64,000 bases of DNA, taken from the NCBI GenBank assembly GCA_946965045.2, contig OX337230.1, positions 3,224,001 through 3,288,000 on the forward strand, given 5' to 3'. The notes beneath the pieces were generated by a model. That model did no database searches. It was given only the letters and a program-made list of their open reading frames with translations, and was not told where the DNA came from. The stretch comes from Epithemia pelagica (lineage: Eukaryota > Protista > Bacillariophyta). Below, in pieces: positions 43,021-54,288 of this stretch. Numbering within the stretch: the stretch's first letter is position 1; each line of letters begins with the position of its first letter. Position numbers and translations under genes: made by a program.

Positions 43021-44863
43021 TTACGCTGGTGAACTGGTGTCTGTACATTCACACAGTGTTTGCGCAAGATTGATGCAGACATTGGTCCCCCACGCAAATT
43101 CAGTACAACACAAGGGTTCGCTGATACAAACGAGACATTCACACTGAGGACAGCTGCATCCAGGTTCAGTCCGCGTTCCATCGAAACAATTCCCACAGGA
43201 ACCATCGTCACAGGCCGATGGTTCAAAAATGCAGTCTGTGGGAGCGGTGGAAGGAAGAGAAGAAGGATTGCCACTTGGCATATCGGAGGGTTGCGCCTCT
43301 GGAGCGGTTGTGGAGGGGGCAAGGGTCGGTGATGGCGATGTTGAAGGAGCGATAAAGGGAGGACGACTGGGAGCTGCGGTCGGTGAACTGCTCTCAGTGG
43401 CATCCAAGGATTGAGAATTGCCTCGGTTGCTGGTCGTGGTTACCGTGGTGACCACAATTATCACAAGAATCACAAAGACCAAAACAAGGGACAACCATAA
43501 CGGAGCTCGCTTAGTCCGAAGGCGTTCCGGAAGACATTGGACCATCAATGAGTACCATAAAGATTCCGGGTCTTTCTTGGCAAGGTCATTATCATTGTTT
43601 GTATCGCGTTGCTCGAGGTCATTGCTATCATGATAGTCCTCTTGTTCCCATTGTTGTGCTTCGACAATGATTTCTCCGTCATGCGGTCGCAACGCTTGTT
43701 GTCGTTGTTCTCGACGACGTTGTCTTCGATTTTCTCGTTCCCTCCTCTCGTCAACGTCATTCACCAAGGTGGCCGTAACGAGGACCTCGCCTTGCCGTAG
43801 TTCAGTGTTGTCCTCCTCTACACGTGCTCCCGAGGAATCAAAGTCCACAAGGTCATCAAGGCTGCTATCACTACTGCTGCTACTATGTTGGCGAGAAGGT
43901 CCCATACGAATCGCACGCGGCGAAGGTCCTGTATAGCGTAAGGTCCGATGTGTTGGTTTGGGTGGGAAAACGTGTCCATGATGGTGACCTTGCCGTGGTG
44001 AAGGTGGTCGCTGCGCTGGCAAAGGCCTTAGGGACAATGGTGATGGACAAGACGAATTGGTACGGTTTGGTTCGACTGTCCGAGAATCGGTCGGACGTAC
44101 GGCCGCTCCTTCATCACTAAGGTTGAAGTTACTGGTATCACCGTCCTCAACAGTATTACCGTGGTCCTTTTCCACTTTGTCACCTTTGTCAGTTTCCATG
44201 CTGATTGGTTGTTGTTGGCCAGACATGGTTCCACCATCTGTAGCTTCATCTATACCTTTGGATGGCTTCCTCCAGACACCAGACTCTTGACGATGTCTGT
44301 CCTCATTCTCTGCATGACTCCGAGGTATAAAGGTCGCACCCACTCTATGAGAGGAAGGTGATTGAGAACTTTTTCGAGTCCTTTGTGGCAACCCCTTTAC
44401 GTTGGCTTTGACGCGTTTCCTTCCGCCGTAGTGATTGTTTGTTGGAATGGTCCTCGTCGGACACCAGAGTCGGATCCTCTCTACTTGTCTGTGGAAGATC
44501 GCTCGAACTGCTCGGGTTATATGTGTGTGGAGAATAATTCTTTCCCCCGTTTAATGTGTCCTTCTCGATACGGTCACCTTTTTCGGGATTCAATGAAGCT
44601 GCTTCGTTCCTTGGAGCGATGGATTTCTCTGTATCCTTGGTTCGGAAAACATCGACTTTCTCACCATTCGTATTGTTATTTCCCTTTCCACTGGTGACCT
44701 CCGGGTTCTCGAGATCTTTCAACACCTCGCCTTGAAGTGCAGGCTTTTCCGTTTCCTCGTCTGGTCGGTTTTCCAACACAGAGGGTGAACCATGGTCACT
44801 ACGCAAGCGGGCTTCATCTTGAATGGCGTCGGAGGTCACTTCTTTTTCCTTATTCGTTTGCAT
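43021..44863 (-). CDS. Single-pass membrane protein with PTAAPS stalk and Cys-rich C-terminal domain; apparent 1-nt frameshift near 44395
   Basis: TM segment LWLSLVLVFVILVIIVVTTV; CISEPLCCTEFAWGTNVCINLAQTLC; removing one G from AAAGGGGTTG joins ORFs 44345-44863 and 43021-44391. Confidence 0.65.
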
Positions 44864-45321
44864 GGTGACCGAAAGGCTCCCTTGTTCGTAAAGACCGAAA
44901 TAGAACAGCGCCTATGTCGGATGCATGCAGCAACACTGTCTCCTTATCTTGTTCTTCTCTAACGAATATCAAACTTTTTCGAAAGTTGTTGCGGCGAGAC
45001 AGTATCGGAACAACAGCAACAACACTCTCCTTCAATCTTGTGTCGTTGAATTTATTTTCGGTCAAGAAGAGTAACCATAACCACCATCACCATCCCTATG
45101 GAAGAACAAATCGATTCATGTATGCATTGTTCGCAGTGCGCAAAGCAAGCAAAAAATGCAGAAAAGTTGTTGAGCGCGCCCGGCGCGACCGATGACCACA
45201 TCCAGTCGCATTAAAAGCTAGGAGCACAGCACCGAAACAGGCAGGTAGCTTGGTAGCTACTCTTAGCTGTAATCATAATCATGATCTTCTTACTTCTACT
45301 CCTACTTCTATTGGACTCATA

Positions 45322-45482
45322 TGTTGAAATTGTGCATGTATCCGTGAGAGATCTAATTGTATGTCAAATTGTATAACCGTTCTAAACGGTCAGCGATTAC
45401 GAGCTGGCCGTCTTCGCCAAATTGGGCGACGACAGTAGTGGAAAATAATCTTATAATCTCTTTGAAACGCGAAATTTTAGCA
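45322..45482 (+). repeat. Copia 5' LTR
   Basis: TGTTGAAATT...TTTTAGCA. Confidence 0.95.
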
Positions 45483-45539
45483 GTTTATCAGACCCATCGT
45501 CTGCTTTGAGATTGTTTTTGTTGTGAAGTACGAAGTACC

Positions 45540-47127
45540 ATGGTCCTCACCGCTGCCCAGAACACTGCTTTCTTCGAGAACCCTGATCAAATGGGCATTC
45601 CCCATGCGACAGTGGTCCAGCTTCAAGTTGAAGGGATTGGGACGATTCTTGATTTGGCCGACTTCGACTCGGAAACTCTTAAGCAGTTGGCTGAGAACCT
45701 TCGTAAGCCGGCAGGGAGAATCCCCGATCCCAACCCTGGAGCTGTCCCTGGCGCAACGATCCCTACACCACACCGTTTACCTTCGGCGCGAAGTCTCAGC
45801 ACCGCCTGGGCGTAGCCTGTGAGCTGGTCCGATTCTACCAAACGGTTGGGCGTGATCCATCGGCTGGTAATATGCGTTGGACGCATGTTGCAAGGAATTT
45901 CGAGGTCCAGTGGAAGGCTTTGAAGGACCGAAAGGATGGTGACGATCCAGAAGTTCCTAAAATCACCAAAGCCCTACCGATCATCAAATGGACGGAAGCA
46001 TTTCACGACTATGCCAACCGCGTGATCGGTGCGAGAATGATCCCCCTTTCATATCCGAGGTCGATGTCCCGGTTGTTGCTCCTCCCCAGGCAACAAATAA
46101 GCCCCATTCGGAACAACATGGTTCTGTTGAGGCGGAACTAGTTGCCCGTGCCTCACATGGACATGAATTGTATCGTGAGGACAATGCTACCGTGTACTAC
46201 AGTTTGGAAGAGGCGACGCGTGGTACGTCCTATGCCGCGTCGATTAAACCTTTCCAACGTACAAAAGATGGAAGGGGAGCCTGGAATGCTCTAACAAATC
46301 AATATGCGGGGAAAGACAAATGGGAGTCGGAGATCAAGAAACAAGATGATCTACTCCATACCCGCATTTGGAAAGGGCAAAACAATTTCCCCCTTGAGGG
46401 ATTTTTGGCCCAACACCGAAATGCATTCGTGTCTATGCAGCAGTGTGCTGAGCACGTTGAGTACCAACTGCCCAATGAACTTACCCGAGTAGGGTATTTA
46501 CTCGAAGGCATCCAGTGTTCGGATGCTGGATTACAGGCTGCTATGGCCAGTGTGCGGACCGATGACGGCCCGACTGGAATGCGTAATAATTTTGAAGCAG
46601 CAGTGGCACATTTACTGCCATATGACCCCGTTGCTAAGAAAAGGGCTGTTGCTGGAGCCAAACGACAGTCAGCACAGATCTCTTCTGTCGATAATGAAAC
46701 CAGTGAATCAACCGTTGCTGAGGTCAGTGGGGCCAGTACTGGTGGTGGAAAGCCTACAGCCAAGCCAAGCATTGGCAAAACAGGCGTCCACCTTCGATAC
46801 CACACACCTGATGAATATCACACTCTATCCAATGAGCAAAAGGATGAGCTCCGTGAGTGGCGAAAAGCCAATCCTCAGAAGTCGGAAGGGAAAGGCAAGA
46901 CTGACCGAAAGGCCAAACGAGCAGCACGACGCCAAATCTCGTCGGCAGTCGCCAAAGCCATCAAGAAATTGGCAAAGGAATCCCAACCGACAAATGACGA
47001 CCAAGTCAGCCTAGACGCCCAGGTTGCATCCATGGTTCAGAACGCATTAGCACAAGAGGCAGATTCGAAGCCTCCTGCAAAGAAGAATACAACTCTTCAG
47101 TCCATCCTGAAGTCTGTTAGAAATTGA
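45540..47127 (+). pseudogene. gag: Copia Gag with two frameshifts (near 45770 and 46053)
   Basis: MVLTAAQNTAFFENPDQMGIP..., MRWTHVARNFEVQWKAL, DGRGAWNAL..QYAG, HLRYHTPDEY are distributed over three frames. Confidence 0.85.
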
Positions 47128-47176
47128 TGGCGTCCGGCGGCTCTTATCTCCTCGCTCTCATCAAGAGGAGACAGAA

Positions 47177-50100
47177 GTGCTGCAGCCGGATTCAACAACG
47201 ACGTGGGACCCAGGCGTGGCCCACATTTCAAATTTTCACAGCGTCCTCAACGCTGATAGCAATGTTGCGTCGGCTGCAACCCATGGTGATGACAGCGATG
47301 AGACCATGGATGACAATGAAACATCCTTTGACGGACCTCGAACGGATTTAGACAGTCACGCAAATATGCCGGTCGTAGGCCGAAACTCCTACGTGATCGA
47401 GAGGCTTGAAAGAACAGTAGATGTCAAGCCATTTTCAAATGACTACAAGGCCATGACGGCCGAACTGGTTCATGCTGCCGTACGGTACGAGTCGCCATAT
47501 AACGGCAAAACGTATATTCTGGTAATACGAAACGCCATATACGTCCCAACCATGAACAACAACCTAATTCCTCCTTTCATGATGAGAGAAGCAGGAATCC
47601 ATGTCAACGAAAGAGCCAAGATACACACAAGTGAGCCCACAATTGATGACCACTCGATTGTTTTCCCATCGACAGGTTTCCGAATTCCCCTGTCTCTCCA
47701 TGGCATATTCTCATTCTTCCCTTCGGACAAGCCAACAGAAGATGATCTTCAGGCTGGGTACGACACCTATGTGTTAACACCTGCTGTCTGGCAGCCTCAT
47801 TCAACGGTCTATGCAGACAACGAGGCTGGGAGAGTGGATTGGGAGGGGAATATCAAGGAGCAGAGAGATTGGTCCATCTGCGTTGTGTTGGATGATTTGC
47901 CTCCAGTCGACGAATCGACAATGACAGCTAATGTGGTATCTGCCTTGGAAGCAAAATCAATTGACTGCACGTGTAGGCAAAGAGAGGCTGGCAGGCCAGA
48001 GAGGAGTAAGCGGCAAATAAGAACGGCCGATTCCCAACTCCACGAAGTCTCAGCTGTGCTTGCCAAAGAAACCATGATCTATACCTTGAAAGCAAGGGCA
48101 GAGTTTGGCCATGACTGCATGGCAATTGGGGCAACAGATGTGGACGAAAACCCATATGTGATAACGGACGATGATGACAGGTCCATGAGTGATGGCTCGC
48201 ATGAGTCGGTGAGCATCACAAGTGAAATGGATCTCGATGAATTCTTTGTTTCCGGTGTGACTGCTGGTAAATCACATGGAGTAGATGCTGCGCGTCTGTC
48301 AAAAGTGTGGCGAATCAGTCATGACGATGCCAAAAGGACAATACAAGCTACGTCACAGCATAGTGCCCGTCCAACTGACCCAACTCTCACCCAAAATTAC
48401 GGTACGAATGACCGCATGCTTCGATACCGCCGAATCCACGAATACTTCTACATGGATACCTTCTTTGCTACAAAGCACGGGGGTAAATCTTCTCGTGGAA
48501 ACATGTGCTGCCAACTGTTTGTGACGGACAAAGGTTTCATCTATGTAGTACCGATGAAACGTAAATCCGAGGTCATGTCTGCTGTCAAGCAATTTGCCAA
48601 GGAAATTGGAGCTCCCGATGCCATCATATGTGATATGGCACAGGAACAGGTCTCGTCAGACCTAAGAATGTTCCTGAATGACATAGGAACGACCCTTCGC
48701 GCGTTGGAGGAAGGGACACCATGGGCGAACAAGGCTGAACTCTACATCAAATTGATGAAAGAGGCCGTTCGCAAGGATATGCGGGAATCCCACTCCCCTC
48801 TCCCTTTCTGGGACTATTGCCTTGAGAGGAGGGTGAGGATTTACAACCTGACGACCCGCGATTATCACAAGGTACGAGGCTCCAACCCGTACACATTGAC
48901 TCTTGGGGAGGAGGGCGACATATCAAATTTATGTCAGTTCCAATGGTACCAGTGGTGTTATTTCAGAGAACACACCGCTCGATTTCCCCACAACCAAGAG
49001 GTCCTTGGACAAGTTTTGGGCCCTGCACGAGGCGAGGGAAATGAGATGGCTCAGTGGGTATTGAACCCGAATGGACGCATTGTCCCACGGCGTTCCGTGC
49101 GTGCCTTGCACCCCGCTGAAGAAACGAGTTCCAGTGAGCAATCAAAGCGACAAGCTTTTGACACATTGATCGAGAGGAGGTATGGGAACTCCATCAATCC
49201 TCCACCACACCCCATCTCAGAAAATTCCGAAACTTTTGATCCGTATGAAGATGATCAAGAACCAGCTAGACCAATTCCAGAGATTGAAGACGCCGTCGAC
49301 TTTAACGGTAAATTGCTGGATCAAGCACCGGTCTATGATAGGCTGATCAATGCAGAAGTCCAACTGCAGCTTGATGAACGAATGGCGAAAGGTATGGTCA
49401 AGCGTTGTGCACTGGGACCTGATGGAAAAGTATCAGGGAAATACGACCATAACCCAACAAACAACTCCATCATATATGAAGTAGAATTTGATGATGGAAC
49501 GGTGAAAGAGTATGCCGCGAATGTGATTGCAGAGAACATGCTCTCACAGGTAGACTCAGACGGAGTCACGATTCAGCTATTGGAAAGCATCATTGACTAC
49601 AAGAGAGATGAGTCGGTCGCCGTGTCTAAGGCGGACAAATACGTCTACAATAAGCATGGACGACGACGGCTACGGAAAACCACAGCTGGCTGGTGGCTAC
49701 TCGTACGGTGGCGCGACCAGTCTGAGTCCTGGATGAGGCTGTGCGAAATGAAGGAGTCATATCCAATTGAGACGGCAGAATTTGCAATCGCAAGAGGGAT
49801 AGATGACGAACCAGCCTTCATATGGTGGGTTCGATACACCATACGACGAAGGGATGCGATAATTGCGGCCCTGAAAACGCGTGCAAAACAAATCCGACAC
49901 AAATATGGGATTGAGATTCCCACGAGTGTGGAGCATGCCAAGGAACTAGATCGCAAGAACGGAGACGATTACTGGATGAAAGCTCTCGCAAAGGAAATGT
50001 ACAATGTGGGAGTTGCTTTTGAGATCCTGGAAGCTGGCCAGCCTCCGCCAAAAGGCTGGCATAAGGTGACAGGCCATCTGGTGTGGGACGTGAAGATGGA

Positions 50101-51635
50101 CTTTACCCGCAAAGCCAGATGGGTATTGGATGGGCACAAGACACCAGACCCTGAGCGATCCACTTTTGCTGGAGTTGTATCCAGAGAGAGTGTTCGGATT
50201 TCCTTCACCTATGCTGCGTTAAATGGGCTGGACGTCTTTGCGGCCGATATTAGGAATGCCTATCTCCAAGCGCCATCATCACGCAAGGATTATATTATTT
50301 GTGGCCCCGAGTTTGGGCTCGAGAATGTGGGACGAGTTGCGCTGATACATCGGGCACTCTATGGGGGAAAGACAGCCGGAAAAGATTTCCGTAACCATCT
50401 GCGGTCGTGCATGCATTATCTGAAATTCCAGTCATGCCCTGCCGACCCTGATGTGTGGATGAGACCAGCTGAAAAAGCTGATGGTACCCCATATTATGAA
50501 TTTGTGCTTCTGTATGTTGACGATGCACTGGTTATCAGTGAGAACGCCGAAAGAATCCTACGAGAGGAAATCGGTCGATATTTTGAACTCAAGGAAGAGT
50601 CCATTGGAGCGCCCACGCTCTACCTTGGTGGAAGGGTACGAAAGGTACAATTGGAAAACGGTGTGTATGCATGGGCCTTCAGTTCGTCGCAATATGCTCA
50701 AGCCGCTGTGAAAGGGGTGGAAGAATGGATGAGCAAGCGGGCTGATGATCGTTGGAAGCTGCCAGCAAAGGCCGAAACACCGATGAGGTCGACATATCGT
50801 CCGGAGCTCGATGTGACCCCTGAGCTTGGTCCAGAGGAGGCATCATACTATCAGTCGTTGATTGGTGTGTTGCGATGGATTGTCGAGCTGGGGAGAGTCG
50901 ACATTTGTCTGGAAGTGTCCGTAATGTCTTCACATCTGGCTCTACCAAGGGAAGGACACCTTGAGCAAGTCTTCCAAATCTTTGCCTATCTCAAGAAATA
51001 CCACAATGCCGAGTTGGTTTATGACCCGAGTGACCCTGTTGTGGAGATGAGTGATTTTTGAGAGGAGAGACTGGACGGCAAGCGAGTTTGGCCATATTGA
51101 GGGTAAGGAAGAATATCCGCCAAACATGCCTGAGCCTCGCGGCATGGGTTTTGTGATGCGAGCAAAGGTTGACGCCGACCATGCGTCGGACACTGTTACC
51201 CGCCGATCTCGCACGGGCTTCTTTGTATTCCTGAACAGTGCCCTGGTCTATTGGTGGAGTAAGAAACAGACGAGTGTTGAGTCCTCGTCTTTCGGGTCAG
51301 AGTTCATTGCCATGAAGCAATGCTGTGAGTACTTACGTGGTTTGAGGTACAAGCTCCGCATGATGGGGATCCCATGTGAGGGACCTGCTTTTATTTACGG
51401 CGACAACCAATCGGTGTTAGCCAACACGACGATACCCGACTCTGCTTTGAAGAAGAAGAGCCAGTCGATTGCGTATCATTTTGTCAGAGAAGGATCTGCC
51501 AGAGACGAATGGCGGACATCTTATGTGAATACCCATGAAAATGAGGCAGATCTGTTGACGAAACTTCTGCCGAGTGGTGAAAAGAGGAGAGGATTTGTGA
51601 TGAAGCTCCTACACCACATTTTCAGAACTGGATAA
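47177..51635 (+). CDS. pol: Copia Pol (PR-INT-RT-RH) with a 1-nt frameshift near 51055
   Basis: LDSHAN, YMDTFF, IICD, PWANKAE, RKARWVLDGH, ADIRNAYL, LYVDD, DADHA..RRSRTG, GDNQSV, ADLLTK. Confidence 0.93.
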
Positions 51636-51786
51636 AACATAGATGGGTGACGAGTGGATTACGTACGGAGCGGAATCACTCGGTTAGAATGCGGTGGACG
51701 TAGCCATGTTGGTGAACCACCTGAAATACGAAATTGTGGGAACGGTTGCAAGGTTACCCCATGCGGTGGGATCACCTTGAGAGGAG

Positions 51787-51947
51787 TGTTGAAATTGTGC
51801 ATGTTTCCGTGAGAGATCTAATTGTATGTCAAATTGTATAACCGTTCCAAACGGTCAGCGATTACGAGCTGGCCGTCTTCGCCAAATTGGGCGACGACAG
51901 TAGTGGAAAATAATCTTAAAATCTCTTTGAAACGCGAAATTTTAGCA
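51787..51947 (+). repeat. Copia 3' LTR
   Basis: 158/161 identical to the 5' LTR. Confidence 0.95.
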
Positions 51948-54288
51948 CATAGAACTAATACTCCTACTCCTAGGAGCAAGGGTGCTCCTCTTTCCCTTCC
52001 TCACGGTCACAAGGTGCTAGTAAGGTACCTCCTCTATGCTCCTACCTCCTACTCCAGTCATTCAAGGGTAGACAACATGCTTCAACAGTCTCAAGACTTC
52101 TTTTCAATCCCTCCACTAGCTAGCTAGTGACGAAACTCTAAGCCCTTCTGCTGCGTTGGGCAATGGCTAGCCGATCTGCCTGACTGCATCATACATTATC
52201 CTAGTGACAAAGCGATCAAGAACGTGTAGACCTAGATGGGGATGTGGAATGGGTTCTACAACCAGTGCGACAGGTACAACGTGTATGAATCCAACCATGA
52301 CGTAACTCCCTCCAGGACTATGATTGGTTTGTCTTGACTGTCTTGGCATCATTCCGACAGTACTATCCCACGTCTTTCCAGGGTGTAGGGCTTACCGCGA
52401 GCGACAATGGTATATAGGACAACCGGACAGTATAAACCCAGGCTGCTTACCGCACGAGCAGAGAAAAAACACAACGCGAGTAACCTTTTTTCTACGACTA
52501 TTACACGTCGTCAGCCCTCAGATACCCTTGAGCTTGAACTTGATCGCGCAAACGATAGACTAAAGCTGACGGTCAATCAAAGCAGAAGTAGTGTTGTCTG
52601 TTGTCTCTCTCTGTCCTTGTGTACTAAAAAGAGAATGCTTTCTCTTGTATCCTATTTTTTGTCTATCCTCTCTTGAGAGGAGAGTTCTATCTTCTACTCC
52701 TATCATCTTTCTCCTCAGTCCCCAGTCAACCATCATCAACCGCCTGGCTTGCTGTTTGCTTAGAATTGCGACATGGCATTTTGTCGCTTCTGAAGCAGCA
52801 TCCGATAACAATTGAATAACAATTCTCTACGAGTATAAGCAAGTGCCACTCCACGCCCAAACCACCCAAACGGCAACGTTGTCGAAGAAGGGCAAAACAA
52901 TTCCATTTGTTTCTCTTTGAGCACTGTTTGAACCTATTCGTAAGCTTGATTGGATGAGAAATGAGAATTGAGAAAAGCTCTATGCAACATGCAGTATTCA
53001 CAATCGTGCATCGGGCATTGGACAATGGACAATGGACCATATAAACGACCATCGATCATCGATAGCTACACACAACGTAACATAGAATAATATTAGTATT
53101 ACATCCTACATCTGCTCGAGTAGACTATTACTAATTGACACGTCCCCCAAAACCAGGCTCAACCGGCTTTGACTTTTCATTTAACAGAACTTCCCTGTCA
53201 TGTTCTATGGCCCAGCACTTGGGGACTACACCCGACCACATCATAAAGAATTCAAAATCTGGCAGGGACTCCTTAATTTATTCAAGACAAGGATTTTTAC
53301 CCATCGCCCAATCAGCTGGACAATGCGGCTTTCTACTGAACTTTTTATAGTAGATGGACAGGAAGAAGGGAAAGGAACGACGAAGGAAGTTTTCCGCTGG
53401 TCGAAAAACTTCGCATCCCGCATCCGAAATCCAAACCCACCACGCTTCTGAACGAGCCCTCCGTCACCCGTCACTATAACGAAGGAAAGTGCCTCTGGGT
53501 GACATACGAGTACAATAGAACGTGGGCCTCCTCATTCCCGAACCGGCAGGTACTCTTCATCGTTCATGTTTGCATAAAATCAATTTGCTCCTGTTCATTT
53601 TACCTGAAAACATCTCGGGATTGAAGAGCGCGAGTGGTGCGTATCCCGCAGCATGTCGCCGGTCCAATATGTCCTACCAATATCATATCAGTTCTTATGT
53701 AGCACTGTTATTATTGCCCAATACGAATCATTGTTGCTTCCCTCCTGCTTCTTCGTGTCCATGTTCCGGATTCCGTGACAAAAGGTAAAGGACTCCGGTC
53801 GTTACGACTTACGACACAACAATCAAAGATACAACAAAGCGTTAGACAATTCAAGGCACCAACCACGCAGCCAATTCCCCACGGGTCAAGGAAAGGGCCA
53901 GCAACTACTAGAAGAGTAGGTAGGACACAAAGAGATGTGATGATGATGCTTTTTAGAATTGTGAGTGTTATCGTCTATGTTAGTGCTTGTTGTTGTTGTT
54001 CCCCCTTTTCCATCCATTTGTACTAGGTACGTAGAAATCTACACGCAGCATTGCTGGTTCGTGTGCATCTGACACCTAGATCGCATTCAATCGTCCCAAG
54101 ATATTGCACATGTTCATGGATGATGTCTAGCTCATGTCCAAGGCCATTGAAAGCGCCTCCTATCGTATTCCCTTTCTCTCCATTGTCTAAACTACGATCT
54201 ACATGTGCTAGGTGTTTGTATATTATGACGTCACAGCCAGATGAAACCACTAGGTATTGATCGTGACTCATCGTACGATCAGTCACGG

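Larger units (their letters stand above)
45322..51947 (+). mobile_element. Ty1/copia (CoDi-type) LTR retrotransposon, full length
   Basis: 161-bp TG..CA LTRs with 3 mismatches; flanking CATA repeat; order gag, PR, INT, RT, RH; GAGAGGAG PPT. Confidence 0.96.

Noticed and set aside
52000-54250. Short ORFs, possible solo LTR, and the outer boundary of the second copia 3' LTR
   Set aside because: No second copy in the window to define ends, and no protein motifs.
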